A DNA stretch of 64,000 nucleotides from Brevundimonas sp. Its GTDB lineage: Bacteria; Pseudomonadota; Alphaproteobacteria; Caulobacterales; Caulobacteraceae. Position numbers and translations under genes: made by a program. The notes beneath the pieces are model-generated. The model saw nothing but the letters and a program-made list of their open reading frames with translations. It was not told the DNA's origin and searched no databases. The number at the start of each line of letters is the position of its first letter. Within the stretch, counting starts at the first letter, position 1. Location of the stretch: positions 835 to 64,834 of the forward strand of contig NZ_JACESA010000017.1 of assembly GCF_013912065.1 (NCBI RefSeq), read 5' to 3'. Positions 46,786 to 56,954 of this stretch are shown here, piece by piece.

Positions 46786-48561
46786 ATGTGCGGTCTTAGC
46801 GGCGAGATCAATTTCGACGGGCGGCCGGCCGACGCCGGCGCCGTTCAGCGCATGACGGACGCGCTCTCGCCTCGTGGACCGGACGGGTCCGGCATAGTGA
46901 TGCGCGGCCCGGTGGGGCTGGGCCATCGGCGTCTGAAGATCATCGACCTGACCGAGGCCGCGCAGCAGCCGATGGTCGACGCCGACCTGGGCGTGACCCT
47001 GGCCTTCAACGGCTGCATCTATAACTACCCCGAACTGCGCGAAGAGCTGCAGGGCATGGGGTTCCGCTTCTTCTCGCACGGCGACACCGAGGTCATCATC
47101 AAGGCCTGGAAGGCCTGGGGCGAGGCCTGCGTCGAGCGGTTCAAGGGTATGTTCGCCTTCGTCCTGCACGAGCGCGATACGGGCCGCACCGTGATCGCCC
47201 GCGACCGGTTCGGCATCAAGCCGCTGTATCTGGCCGAGAGCGGGAAACGCCTGCGCTTCGCCTCCAGCCTGCCGGCCCTGCTGGCGGCGGGCGACGTGGA
47301 CAAGACCATCGATCCGGTCGGCCTGCACCACTACATGACCTTCCACGCCGTGGTGCCGCCGCCGCACACCATACTGAAGGGCGTGAAGAAGTTTCCGCCG
47401 GCGACTATCCGCGTGATCGAGGCGGACGGCACGGCGAAGGATCGGCTTTACTGGCAGCCGGACATGACCCGCCACGCCGAGGACGCCGCCCTGACCGCCG
47501 AGGACTGGCGCGACCGGGTGCTGGACAGCCTGCGCGAGGCCGTGAAGCGCCGTATGGTCGCCGACGTGCCGGTCGGGGTCCTGCTGTCGGGCGGGGTGGA
47601 TTCCAGCCTGATCGTCGGCCTGCTGGCCGAACTGGGCCAGAAGGACCTGATGACCTTCTCCGTCGGCTTCGAAGAGGCCAATGGCGAGAAGGGGGACGAG
47701 TTCGTCTATTCCGACCTGATCGCCAAACATTACGGCACCAAGCACCACCAGATCTTCGTGCCGCACCAGCGGCTGATGGAGGCCCTGCCGGGCACCATCG
47801 GCGCCATGTCGGAGCCGATGGTCAGCTATGATAATGTCGGCTTCTATCTGCTGAGCCAGGAAGTCTCGAAACATATCAAGGTGGTGCAGTCGGGGCAGGG
47901 GGCGGACGAGGTCTTCGCCGGCTACCACTGGTACCCGCCCATGCTGGAGACGACCGACCCGGTCGAAACCTACGCCAAGGCCTTCTTCGACCGCAGCCAT
48001 GCGACGCTGAAGACCCAGTTGAACGGCGCCTATATGGCCAACACCGACGTCAGCCGCGCCCTGGTCGAGGCCCATTTCGCGCAAGGGCGCGCCGCCACCC
48101 CGGTCGACCAGGCTTTGCGTCTGGACAGCCAGGTCATGCTGGTCGACGATCCGGTGAAGCGGGTCGACAATATGACCATGGCCTGGGGACTGGAGGCGCG
48201 GGTGCCCTTCCTGGATCACGAACTGGTCGAACTGGCCGGGCGTATCCCGCCCGAGCATAAGCTGGCCCAGGGCGGCAAGGGGGTGCTGAAGGAGGCGGCG
48301 CGCCTGGTCATCCCGCCCGAAGTCATCGACCGCAAGAAGGGCTATTTCCCCGTGCCGGCCCTGAAATACATCCAGGGGCCTTATCTGGACATGGTCCGCG
48401 AGGCTCTGACCAACCAGGCGGCGCGCGACCGCGGCCTGTTCGAGTCCGCCTATCTGGACACCCTGTTCGCCAATCCGACCGAGCGCATCACGCCGTTGCG
48501 CGGGTCCGAACTGTGGCAGGTGGCCGTGCTCGAGATGTGGATGCAACAGCATGGCGTCTGA
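46786..48561 (+). CDS. N-acetylglutaminylglutamine amidotransferase (asparagine-synthase-like)
   Basis: MCG Ntn start with GGAGG RBS, RGPD, LLSGGVDSS, GQGADEVF, GLEARVPFLD; first gene of the NAGGN triad. Confidence 0.92.
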   Translation: MCGLSGEINFDGRPADAGAVQRMTDALSPRGPDGSGIVMRGPVGLGHRRLKIIDLTEAAQQPMVDADLGVTLAFNGCIYNYPELREELQGMGFRFFSHGDTEVIIKAWKAWGEACVERFKGMFAFVLHERDTGRTVIARDRFGIKPLYLAESGKRLRFASSLPALLAAGDVDKTIDPVGLHHYMTFHAVVPPPHTILKGVKKFPPATIRVIEADGTAKDRLYWQPDMTRHAEDAALTAEDWRDRVLDSLREAVKRRMVADVPVGVLLSGGVDSSLIVGLLAELGQKDLMTFSVGFEEANGEKGDEFVYSDLIAKHYGTKHHQIFVPHQRLMEALPGTIGAMSEPMVSYDNVGFYLLSQEVSKHIKVVQSGQGADEVFAGYHWYPPMLETTDPVETYAKAFFDRSHATLKTQLNGAYMANTDVSRALVEAHFAQGRAATPVDQALRLDSQVMLVDDPVKRVDNMTMAWGLEARVPFLDHELVELAGRIPPEHKLAQGGKGVLKEAARLVIPPEVIDRKKGYFPVPALKYIQGPYLDMVREALTNQAARDRGLFESAYLDTLFANPTERITPLRGSELWQVAVLEMWMQQHGV

Positions 48562-50320
48562 TCTTCGTCCGATCCGTCCCAAGGCCCACAGGCTGAAACG
48601 CCTGCGTCACGAGGGTCTGAAACCGGCGGTGAAGACCGGGCAGGGCCCTGCGCCTGACGCGGTCGTGGATTGCGGCTGGGGTCGGCTGCTGTTCGCCCAG
48701 ACCTTCGCGACGGCGGAACCCCTGGTCGAGGCCCTGCGCGCCGAAGGACCGGATCGGCGCGACATCGCCTTTTACGTCCGCAATCCGCACGTCCTGCTGG
48801 CCCAGGCGCCGCAGGAACTGTTCCTGGATCCGTCGCACACCTATCGGCTGGACCTGGCCACCTATCGCGCCGGCCGCCGCCAGCCGCGCGGTTTCACCGT
48901 GCGCCGCCTGACTTCCGAGATGGACGCCCAGGCGGTCAACGACATCTACGCCAAGCGCAAGATGGTGCCGGTGCCGCCCGACTTCTTCTGGTCGCGCCGC
49001 GACGACCGGACCATCACCTATTTCGTGGCCGAGGACACCACGACCGGGGCGGTGATCGGCACGGTGACCGGGGTCAATCATGTCCGCGCCTTCGACGATC
49101 CGGAATGCGGTTCATCCCTATGGTGCCTCGCCGTCGACCCCCAGGCGACCCAGCCGGGCATAGGCGAGGCCCTGGTCCGGCGCCTGGCCGAGCATTTCAA
49201 GACTCAAGGTTTGGCGCACATGGACCTGTCGGTCATGCACGACAACGACCAGGCCATCGCCCTGTACGAAAAGCTGGGCTTCCGGCGGGTCTCCTTCTTC
49301 GGGGTCAAGCGCAAGAACCCGATCAACGAGGCCCTGTTCGTCGGCCCAACCGACGACCACGACCTGAACCCCTATGCCCGGATCATCGTCAACGAGGCGC
49401 GCCGGCGCGGCATCCATACCGAGATCATCGACGCCGAGGGCGGCCTGTTCCGCCTGAACTGGGGCGGCCGGTCGGTGCGGTGTCGCGAAAGCCTGTCGGA
49501 ACTGACGTCCGCCGTGTCGCTCAGCATCTGCGACGACAAGCGGATGACGCGTCGGATCGTCGAGGCCGCAGGCGTGCGCGTGCCCGAGCGGATCGACGCC
49601 GACAGTCCCTCTGACATCGACGCCGCCCTGGCCCGATTCAGCGCCCTGGTGGTCAAGCCGGCGCGGGGCGAGCAGGGGCAGGGCGTCGCCGTCGGCCTGA
49701 CGACCATGAGAGAAGTGCAGGCGGCCCTGGTCCGGGCGCGTCGCATATGTTCCGAGGTGCTGATCGAGGAACAGGTCCAGGGCGAGGACCTGCGCCTCGT
49801 GGTGATCGACTACAAGGTCGTGGCCTGCGCCCTGCGCCGTCCGCCACGCGTGATCGGCGACGGGCGAACCTCCTTGCGGTCCTTGATCGAGCACCAGAGC
49901 CGGCGCCGCGCCGCCGCGACCGGCGGGGAATCGACCATTCCCGTCGACGACGAGACCGAACGCACCCTGGCCGAGGCCGGCTATCGTCTGGACGACGTGG
50001 CTCCGGAAGGGACCGAAGTCCTGGTGCGCAAGGCGGCCAATCTGCATCTGGGCGGCACCATCCACGATGTGACGGAAGAGGTGCATCCCACCCTGATCCG
50101 CGCCGCCATCGCCGCCGCCCGCGCCATCGACATCCCGGTCACCGGCATCGACCTGATGGTGCGTTCGCCGCGCGAGCCGGAATACGCCTTCATCGAGGCC
50201 AACGAACGTCCCGGCCTGGCCAATCACGAACCCCAGCCGACCGCCGAGCGTTTCGTCGATCTGCTGTTCCCCCTGTCCGCCCCGACCTCGGCGCGGACGG
50301 CCCCGAGATCCGAAGCCTGA
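48551..50320 (+). CDS. ngg: N-acetylglutaminylglutamine synthetase (GNAT plus ATP-grasp)
   Basis: DCGWGRLLFAQT, GNAT core, VVKPARGEQG.GV, GIDL, FIEANERPGLANH. Confidence 0.92.
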   Translation: MASDLRPIRPKAHRLKRLRHEGLKPAVKTGQGPAPDAVVDCGWGRLLFAQTFATAEPLVEALRAEGPDRRDIAFYVRNPHVLLAQAPQELFLDPSHTYRLDLATYRAGRRQPRGFTVRRLTSEMDAQAVNDIYAKRKMVPVPPDFFWSRRDDRTITYFVAEDTTTGAVIGTVTGVNHVRAFDDPECGSSLWCLAVDPQATQPGIGEALVRRLAEHFKTQGLAHMDLSVMHDNDQAIALYEKLGFRRVSFFGVKRKNPINEALFVGPTDDHDLNPYARIIVNEARRRGIHTEIIDAEGGLFRLNWGGRSVRCRESLSELTSAVSLSICDDKRMTRRIVEAAGVRVPERIDADSPSDIDAALARFSALVVKPARGEQGQGVAVGLTTMREVQAALVRARRICSEVLIEEQVQGEDLRLVVIDYKVVACALRRPPRVIGDGRTSLRSLIEHQSRRRAAATGGESTIPVDDETERTLAEAGYRLDDVAPEGTEVLVRKAANLHLGGTIHDVTEEVHPTLIRAAIAAARAIDIPVTGIDLMVRSPREPEYAFIEANERPGLANHEPQPTAERFVDLLFPLSAPTSARTAPRSEA

Positions 50321-50330
50321 AGGAGGCCCC

Positions 50331-51455
50331 TTGGCCCGCCCCGAGATAGACCTCGACTACCTGAAGGCCCGCTTGGCCGACCTGCTGAACACCCCCAGCC
50401 CCACCGGCTACACCGACGAAGCGGTCTGGATGCTGTGCCGTGAGCTGGAACGGCTGGGCCTCGATTATGAGATGACCCGTCGCGGCGCCATTCGCGCGCG
50501 CCTGCCGGGGCGCGACGCCAGCCCGGCCCGCGCCCTGGTCGCCCACGTCGACACCCTGGGCGCCCAGGTCAAACAGGTGAAGGACAACGGCCGGCTCGAA
50601 CTGGTGGCCATCGGCCACTGGTCGTCGCGCTTCGCGGAGGGCGCGCGCGCGACGATCTTCTCCGAGGGCGGGGCCTGGCGCGGCACCATCCTGCCGCTGA
50701 AGGCCTCGGGCCACACCTTCAACGAGGAGGTGGACACCCAGCCGGTCAGCTGGCGCCAGGTCGAACTGCGGATCGACGCCGTCACCCACGGGCGCGACGA
50801 CACCCTGGCCCTGGGCGTGGACGTCGGCGACATCGTCGCCATCGACCCCCAGCCCGAGTTCATGGACACCGGCTTCATCGTGTCGCGCCATCTGGACGAC
50901 AAGGCGGGGGTGGCCACCCTGCTTGCGGCGCTGGAATGTCTGATCCGCGAAGGCCGCACCCCGACCGTCGACACCTGGTGGCTGTTCACCATCGCCGAGG
51001 AGGTGGGGCTAGGCGCTTCGTCCGTCCTGGTGCCCGACGTGGCGGCCATGGTCACGGTCGACAACGGCACCACCGCGCCGGGCCAGAACTCGTCGGAGTT
51101 CGGCGTCACCATCGCCATGGCTGACCAGACCGGCCCGTTCGACTGGCACCTGTCGCGCAAACTGGTCCAGCTGGCGCGCGATCACGAGATCCCGCACCAG
51201 AAGGACGTCTTCCGCTACTACCGCTCCGACTCGGCCTCGGCCCTGGAGTCCGGCGCCGACATCCGCACCGCCCTGGTCACCTTCGGCATCGACGCCAGCC
51301 ACGGTTACGAACGGATCCACGAGACCGCTCTGGCGGATCTGGCGCGGCTGCTGATCGCCTATGCCGAAAGCGAGGTCGAGATCGAGCGCGACGCCAAACC
51401 CATGAGCAGCGCCAAGGGCTTCACCCACCAGCCGATCGACGAACAGCACGACTGA
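50331..51455 (+). CDS. NAGGN-system M42 family peptidase
   Basis: PSPTGYT, AHVDTLG, RHLDDKAG, AEEVG, DASHGYERIH; TTG start with AGGAGG. Confidence 0.9.
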   Translation: MARPEIDLDYLKARLADLLNTPSPTGYTDEAVWMLCRELERLGLDYEMTRRGAIRARLPGRDASPARALVAHVDTLGAQVKQVKDNGRLELVAIGHWSSRFAEGARATIFSEGGAWRGTILPLKASGHTFNEEVDTQPVSWRQVELRIDAVTHGRDDTLALGVDVGDIVAIDPQPEFMDTGFIVSRHLDDKAGVATLLAALECLIREGRTPTVDTWWLFTIAEEVGLGASSVLVPDVAAMVTVDNGTTAPGQNSSEFGVTIAMADQTGPFDWHLSRKLVQLARDHEIPHQKDVFRYYRSDSASALESGADIRTALVTFGIDASHGYERIHETALADLARLLIAYAESEVEIERDAKPMSSAKGFTHQPIDEQHD

Positions 51456-51510
51456 GGGCGCGCTGGCGATGCGTCGAGCGAGCGGCGTTAAATCCATCGC
51501 GCAAGTCATA

Positions 51511-51544
51511 CTGTGCAGTTTGTGTCACAGCCGGCTTCTAAGAG
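51511..51544 (+). promoter_or_regulatory. Weak Pho-box-like direct repeat plus -10
   Basis: CTGTGCA-N4-GTGTCAC followed 10 nt later by TAAGAG; degenerate versus CTGTCAT-N4-CTGTCAT. Confidence 0.3.
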
Positions 51545-51574
51545 GGAGCGGTTCCAGCACACTACGGACTCGCT

Positions 51575-53593
51575 ATGCCCCAGATCGATCGCCGCGGCCT
51601 GTTGGCCGGCCTGGCCGCCGCCGCGGCCTTTCCGTCCCTCGCTCGGGCGCTGAGCATCGCGCCCCGCGTTCGCACGGGCACGATCCAGGACGTCGAACAT
51701 GTGGTGATCCTGATGCAGGAAAACCGGTCGTTCGATCATTATTTCGGCACGATGAACGGTGTGAGGGGCTATTCCGACCCCCATCCGGCGCCGGCGCCCA
51801 GCATCGACAGTCGCCAGCGCGACCTCCTGCTGCAGTATGACGGTTCGGGCGAGGGGCCGGCCTGGCTGGCGCCCTTCGCGCTGAACACCCGCCAGACCTT
51901 CGCCCATATGCGGGTCGAGGGCACGCCCCACAGCTGGTCCAACGCCCAGGCGGCTTGGGACGAGGGGCGAATGGGGCGCTGGCCCGAGGCCAAACATCCC
52001 CATTCCATGGGTTACTACGAGCGGGCGGACATCCCCTTCCAGTACGCTATGGCCGACGCCTTCACCCTGTGCGACGCCTATTTCTGCTCGCTTCAGACCG
52101 GCACCAATCCGAACCGCGTCATGCTGTGGTCGGGGACGAACGACGGCTCGGGCGAGCGGGGCGGGCCGTGCATCGGCAATTCCCACGACAGCCTGCCGCG
52201 CGACGGGGGCGCCGAGGAGCCGTATCGCTGGACCACCTATGTCGAGCGGCTGCAGGCGGCGGGGATCGACTGGCGCGTCTATCAGGACATGGCCGATAAT
52301 TTCACCGACAACCCCCTGGTCGGTTTCGAGGCCTTCCAGCGAGCGGTCGCCGGCGCGCCGGGGTCCGATCCGGCCCTGGTCGAACGGGGCCTGACCACTC
52401 GGGCGCTGGACGGGCTGAAGGCCGACGTCCTTGCCGGGCGGCTGCCCCAGGTCTCCTACGTCATCGCCACGGCCGGCGGGTCCGAACATCCCGGACCGTC
52501 CAGCCCGGCCCAGGGCGCCGACTATACGGCCCAGGTGATCGACGCCCTGACCGCCGATCCAGAGGTCTGGGCCCGCACTGTCCTGCTGGTGAATTTCGAC
52601 GAGAATGACGGCTTCTTCGATCATGTGCCGCCGCCGGCGCCGCCCGCCCGCGGCCCTGACGGCGCGCTGCGGGGCGGATCCACCGTCGATCTGACTGGCG
52701 AGCATCATCTGCGACCCAGCCCGGCCGATGCCGATCTGGATCTGCCGGAATATCGCGGCCGGCCCTACGGCCTGGGGCCGCGCGTGCCCATGTATGTGCT
52801 GTCGCCGTGGAGCCGGGGCGGTCGGGTCAATTCGGAGGTCTTCGACCACACCTCGGTGATCCGCTTCCTGGAGACCCGGTTCGGGGTGATGGAGCACAAT
52901 ATCTCGCCCTGGCGCCGCGCCGTCTGCGGGGATCTGACGTCCTGCCTCGACTTCACCGGCGCGGATGCGCGGATCGTGCCCCTGCCTTCGACCCGGGCGG
53001 ACGCCGTCCGGGCCGCAGCCTTGGAAGGTCGCACCACCCCGCCTATCCCGACCCAGCCGTCGCGCCCCGAACAAGCCCTGGGTTTCCGCCCTGCCTGCCC
53101 CAGCGTCTATGCGCTGGACTGCACGCTCGAGACGGCGGCCGAGAGCGTGCGACTGGACTTCATCAACACGGGATCGCGCGCGGCGGTCTTCCATGTCTAT
53201 GACCGGCATAACCTGGAGGCCGGGCCTCGGCGCTATACGGTGGAGGGCGGTCGGCGGCTTCAGGATGTCTGGACCGGCGGCGGCGTCGATCTTCAGGTCA
53301 TGGGACCGGACGGATTCCACCGGCGTTTCGTCGGCGCAGACGCGGGCGGGGATGCAGTGGCCGCGCGCCTGGACTGGCGGGACGGGGCGCCGCTCCTGGT
53401 GCTGACCGGAACAGGCACGGCGCGCGTCAGCCTCGGCGACGACGACCGTTCAATCGCCGTCGCGGGCGAACACAGGCTCCAGATCGACTGGATCGACGCC
53501 AACCAGACCTATGATCTGGCCGTGGAAGCCGGCGGCTGGCGACGCGAGTTCGCCGGCCGGGCGCCGAAGATCGACGGTCTCGACGCCCTATAG
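51575..53593 (+). CDS. Tat-exported phosphocholine-specific phospholipase C
   Basis: DRRGLL Tat motif; MQENRSFDHYFG, TNPNR, SEHP, DENDGFFDH, GLGPRVP, DHTS. Confidence 0.9.
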   Translation: MPQIDRRGLLAGLAAAAAFPSLARALSIAPRVRTGTIQDVEHVVILMQENRSFDHYFGTMNGVRGYSDPHPAPAPSIDSRQRDLLLQYDGSGEGPAWLAPFALNTRQTFAHMRVEGTPHSWSNAQAAWDEGRMGRWPEAKHPHSMGYYERADIPFQYAMADAFTLCDAYFCSLQTGTNPNRVMLWSGTNDGSGERGGPCIGNSHDSLPRDGGAEEPYRWTTYVERLQAAGIDWRVYQDMADNFTDNPLVGFEAFQRAVAGAPGSDPALVERGLTTRALDGLKADVLAGRLPQVSYVIATAGGSEHPGPSSPAQGADYTAQVIDALTADPEVWARTVLLVNFDENDGFFDHVPPPAPPARGPDGALRGGSTVDLTGEHHLRPSPADADLDLPEYRGRPYGLGPRVPMYVLSPWSRGGRVNSEVFDHTSVIRFLETRFGVMEHNISPWRRAVCGDLTSCLDFTGADARIVPLPSTRADAVRAAALEGRTTPPIPTQPSRPEQALGFRPACPSVYALDCTLETAAESVRLDFINTGSRAAVFHVYDRHNLEAGPRRYTVEGGRRLQDVWTGGGVDLQVMGPDGFHRRFVGADAGGDAVAARLDWRDGAPLLVLTGTGTARVSLGDDDRSIAVAGEHRLQIDWIDANQTYDLAVEAGGWRREFAGRAPKIDGLDAL

Positions 53594-53616
53594 ACCTCTG
53601 GCCCGGACGGACGCGG

Positions 53617-54060
53617 TCAATCGCCGCGTCCGGCGGCGATAAAGTCCGCGATCGTCGGCCAGGACCGGGCCTGGGGACGCATGTCCTCGCAGGCGAAGGA
53701 TTTGATCCCGCCATAGATTCCACCCGACGGAGTGTCGTCCCAGGCGCCGTCCTCCGCGATCCGGTCCGTTTCGGCGCCGTCCGGGCCGTACGTGACCATC
53801 GCGGTGGTGCGCGACTGACCGTCCGAGCAGCGGATCGCGAGTTCCTCGGTCTCGTGGCTCAGATCGGTCGCGTCGCCCTGGGCGGGGACGCGGGCGAAAC
53901 GGGCCGTGGCGACCCCGTCGACCGGCGTCAGGGTGTCCTGATCCACCAGATAGACGACGCGATCGCTGGCGGAAAACCGGGCCCAGTTCTCTGCTGCGGC
54001 GGGCGTCGCCGCCGCCAGGGCTACGACGCTGATGAGTGTGAGTTTGGCGATTCCGCGCAT
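53617..54060 (-). CDS. Exported hypothetical protein (surface-adhesin-E-like Cys pair)
   Basis: Signal peptide AAAENW; two Cys (IRC, FAC); family call tentative. Confidence 0.65.
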   Translation of the reverse strand: MRGIAKLTLISVVALAAATPAAAENWARFSASDRVVYLVDQDTLTPVDGVATARFARVPAQGDATDLSHETEELAIRCSDGQSRTTAMVTYGPDGAETDRIAEDGAWDDTPSGGIYGGIKSFACEDMRPQARSWPTIADFIAAGRGD

Positions 54061-54144
54061 GTGATCCTCCCCATGAAGGGGAAGATTTGATACCCGTGAT
54101 CGCCCGATTTCAACCCTGTCTCGCCCTACGGCCGAGACCGCAAG

Positions 54145-54558
54145 TCAGGGTCGCACGCGGTCGGGCAGAGCCGCGACTTCTTCTGCGTCGAGGGACTTGT
54201 TTACAAAGCCGCGGCAGACGCCCCGGCCCATCGACGCGTCCGGCACGAGAATGCGCACAGGGTCGCCGACACAGACCGTATCCGAGCCGCCTCCTGTCGG
54301 CAGCACGGCTATGGAGATCGCGGAATCAAGATCCGTGCAGCCGCCGCTGGTGTTGATGTGGAAGACGTCGCCGCGCAGCGATCGGATATAGAGATCGGTC
54401 GAGCGGTCGGCGCGGAAGTTGCGCACGCTGTCGGTGCGGAAGCAGCGCGCGACCTTGCCGTCTGTCGCCGTAGTGGTCGTGCTTGCGGCGGGAGCGCAGG
54501 CGGCCAGGGACGAGGCCGCCAGAACCGAAGCCGCTGCGGCGGCAAGTTTGGAATGCAT
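54145..54558 (-). CDS. DUF6491-like lipoprotein
   Basis: Lipobox LAAC; RCF...VRNF, GGC.DL, VC.GD, C pattern; start reset to MHSKL. Confidence 0.7.
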   Translation of the reverse strand: MHSKLAAAAASVLAASSLAACAPAASTTTTATDGKVARCFRTDSVRNFRADRSTDLYIRSLRGDVFHINTSGGCTDLDSAISIAVLPTGGGSDTVCVGDPVRILVPDASMGRGVCRGFVNKSLDAEEVAALPDRVRP

Positions 54559-54625
54559 CGAAATCTCCTCGCGGAATGGCTCGCCGACTAGGAACCGCCT
54601 CGCCTGAACACGGGATGAACGCCGT

Positions 54626-56401
54626 TCAGAGCGGCGAGAACCGGTCGGCATCGACCTTGGCGACGAAGGCTTCCGGCAGGGGCGACGGCGTTCCCGCAAT
54701 CAGCGAGACGACATGTTCGCCCAGCAGAGGCGCCGCGCAGAACCCGCGCGAGCCCAGCCCGGACAGCAGATAGACCCCGTCCGTCCGTCGGCCGGCCAAG
54801 GGCAGGCGATCAGGCGTGGTGGCGCGGATGGCGACTCGGCGGTTAGGTTCTCCGGCCTCCGCCTTTACTGCGAGCCGCGGCAGGCGCGCGCGCAGGGTTT
54901 CGAGATTCTGCACGCTCTCCGTGTCGCGTGGCTCCAGGCCGACATCGCCCCGCACATGGGTGGCGCCATACAGGAAGCCGGCGCTGGTCGGCGCGACATA
55001 GCCGCCCCAGGCGATGCCGGGGATGGACGGGCCGTCGCACCAGTCGGCCTGGCCCCGCACCGGCGACAGGCCCGCTCCATCCGGAAACAGGCCCGCCGCG
55101 CCCCAACCCGCGGCCACGACCACGGCGTCCGCCCGGACCAGAACCTGACCGGCCGCGTCCAGCACGATCCAGGCCTCGCCGTCCCGCTCGATCCGCGCCG
55201 CCTCGGCCGTGAGCCTCTCGACGCCGTCGAGCCAGGCGTCGAGGATGGCTGCGGGCTGAACCACCCGGGCGTCGGCCATCATCAGCCCGCCGTCGGCCGT
55301 CGGCTCTCCCAGCCGTTCCGACGCCGTCTCCGCATCGACGACCGACATGGCTCCGTCGCGCCACAGCGGCTGGGCGGCGATCTTGCCGAACCGGGCCGTG
55401 TCGCGCGGCGTTTGCGGCAGTTGCAGCACGCCCCGGCCCAGCACCGCGCCCGGCGTGGCGTCGTACAGGTCCCGCGCCCGCTCCAGGGCCTGGGCGTACA
55501 GGCCGGCGATGGCCTGGTCTCCGGCATCCAGTCGCGGCGTGACCAGGCCGGCGGGAAAGCCCGATCCGCCGGCGCCGGGCCGGGCCGTCTCGATGACGAC
55601 CGGCGTCATCCCCGAGGCGACGGCGGCGCGGGCGACGGATGCGCCGGCGATACCGGCCCCGATCACGGCGATCCTAAGCCTGGACTCTGGGGCGGGCGCG
55701 CCGTCCAGCCGTGCTTCCAGTCGTTCGCGCTTGCGGCCGTGGCCCGGCTTCTTCTCGACGATGAAGCCACGTTCGGACAGGCCGCGACGCACGGCCCCGG
55801 CCACGGTGAAGGTGGCGACCCGCGCGCCGGGCGCCGACAGGGCCGCGATCCGATCCATCACGGCGTCGGACCACATGCCGGGGTTCAGGGCAGGCGAGAA
55901 ACCGTCCAGGAACCAGGCGTCCGCCGGTCCCGACCACTGATCCAGAGCCCAGGCGGCGTCGCCGACGGCCAGGTCGAGGACGGCGTCGAACCCCGGCAGG
56001 TCGATCCGGTGGAAGCCGGGGGTGCGCGCCGGCCAGGCGTCGGTCAGCGCTCGCGCCGCCTCGGCCAGTTCAGGCCAGGCCCCCAGGGCGCGCCGCGCCT
56101 CGTCGGCGGCGAGAGGGAAACCCTCGATCGAAAATATGTTCAGACGCCCGCCCTCGGGCCGGGTCTCGCGCCACAGCGTCAGCAGGGCGGCGATGTTCAA
56201 TCCGGTGCCGAATCCCAGTTCCGCCACGCTGAACCGCCGGCGCCCAGCCCAGGCGTCGGGCAGGCCGCAGCCCTCCAGAAAGACCGCCCGCGTCTCGGCC
56301 AGACCGTCGTCGCGCGAAAAATAGACGTCGCCAAACCGGCCCGAGCGGGGCTCGCCGTCCTCCGTCCAGGTCAACTGCGGGGAAGTGTCATCGATCATCA
56401 T
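54626..56401 (-). CDS. mnmC: Bifunctional tRNA mnm5s2U34 synthesis protein
   Basis: FGDVYFS, ELGFGTGLN, WFLDGFSP..NP.MW (methyltransferase) plus IGAGIAG, GLGSRG (FAD oxidase). Confidence 0.92.
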   Translation of the reverse strand: MMIDDTSPQLTWTEDGEPRSGRFGDVYFSRDDGLAETRAVFLEGCGLPDAWAGRRRFSVAELGFGTGLNIAALLTLWRETRPEGGRLNIFSIEGFPLAADEARRALGAWPELAEAARALTDAWPARTPGFHRIDLPGFDAVLDLAVGDAAWALDQWSGPADAWFLDGFSPALNPGMWSDAVMDRIAALSAPGARVATFTVAGAVRRGLSERGFIVEKKPGHGRKRERLEARLDGAPAPESRLRIAVIGAGIAGASVARAAVASGMTPVVIETARPGAGGSGFPAGLVTPRLDAGDQAIAGLYAQALERARDLYDATPGAVLGRGVLQLPQTPRDTARFGKIAAQPLWRDGAMSVVDAETASERLGEPTADGGLMMADARVVQPAAILDAWLDGVERLTAEAARIERDGEAWIVLDAAGQVLVRADAVVVAAGWGAAGLFPDGAGLSPVRGQADWCDGPSIPGIAWGGYVAPTSAGFLYGATHVRGDVGLEPRDTESVQNLETLRARLPRLAVKAEAGEPNRRVAIRATTPDRLPLAGRRTDGVYLLSGLGSRGFCAAPLLGEHVVSLIAGTPSPLPEAFVAKVDADRFSPL

Positions 56402-56430
56402 GCGGGGCCTCTAGCACCTTGGCCGCCGAC

Positions 56431-56464
56431 AAGAAAAAGGGCCGCCCGCGAGGGACGGCCCTTT
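56431..56464 (-). terminator. Rho-independent terminator
   Basis: Minus strand AAAGGGCCGTCCC-TCGC-GGGCGGCCCTTT followed by TTCTT. Confidence 0.75.
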
Positions 56465-56481
56465 CCATGGTGGTGCGGGGT

Positions 56482-56802
56482 TCAGTGGCCGTCGTTGTGG
56501 GCCGGAGCGGGGTCGGCGGCCTTGGCCGGAGTGGTCGTCGCCGCGGCGTGCGTGGTGTCGGTTCCGCCGTGTGCGTCGCCGGAAGCGGTGGCCGTCGCGG
56601 CGTCGGCGTCCTGGGCGGCCTCATTGGCGGCGGCGGCGGCTTCGGCGGCGGCTTGGTCGGCGGTCAGGGCGGCTTCGGCGGCGGTGCCGGCGGCCTCCAC
56701 TGCATCGCTGGCGGCTTCCTGGGCCTTCTCCTCAGGCGCCTTCTGGCAGGCGGCCATGGCGAGGACGGCGGCCGTGGCGGCGACGAGGGCGGTGATGCGC
56801 AT
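56482..56802 (-). CDS. Small Ala-rich lipoprotein
   Basis: Lipobox MAAC; low-complexity A/E/D/T helix; start reset to MRITAL. Confidence 0.75.
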   Translation of the reverse strand: MRITALVAATAAVLAMAACQKAPEEKAQEAASDAVEAAGTAAEAALTADQAAAEAAAAANEAAQDADAATATASGDAHGGTDTTHAAATTTPAKAADPAPAHNDGH

Positions 56803-56913
56803 GAGAATCCTCCGGATGCTGCTTCTTGCGAGGTCGGAGCCTCGCGCTGAACGATAACGCCGCCGTGAAGCCGGGGGCAAGCCATGATCAAGGCTTGGCA
56901 GGCGTGGTTCGAC

Positions 56914-56938
56914 AACCCTTCGGCTGATCGGACGTTCC
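56914..56938 (-). promoter_or_regulatory. Candidate sigmaT/EcfG promoter
   Basis: GGAAC-N16-GGTT on the minus strand, about 110 nt upstream of the lipoprotein ATG. Confidence 0.45.
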
Positions 56939-56954
56939 GGCGCGCCTGTCGGCG

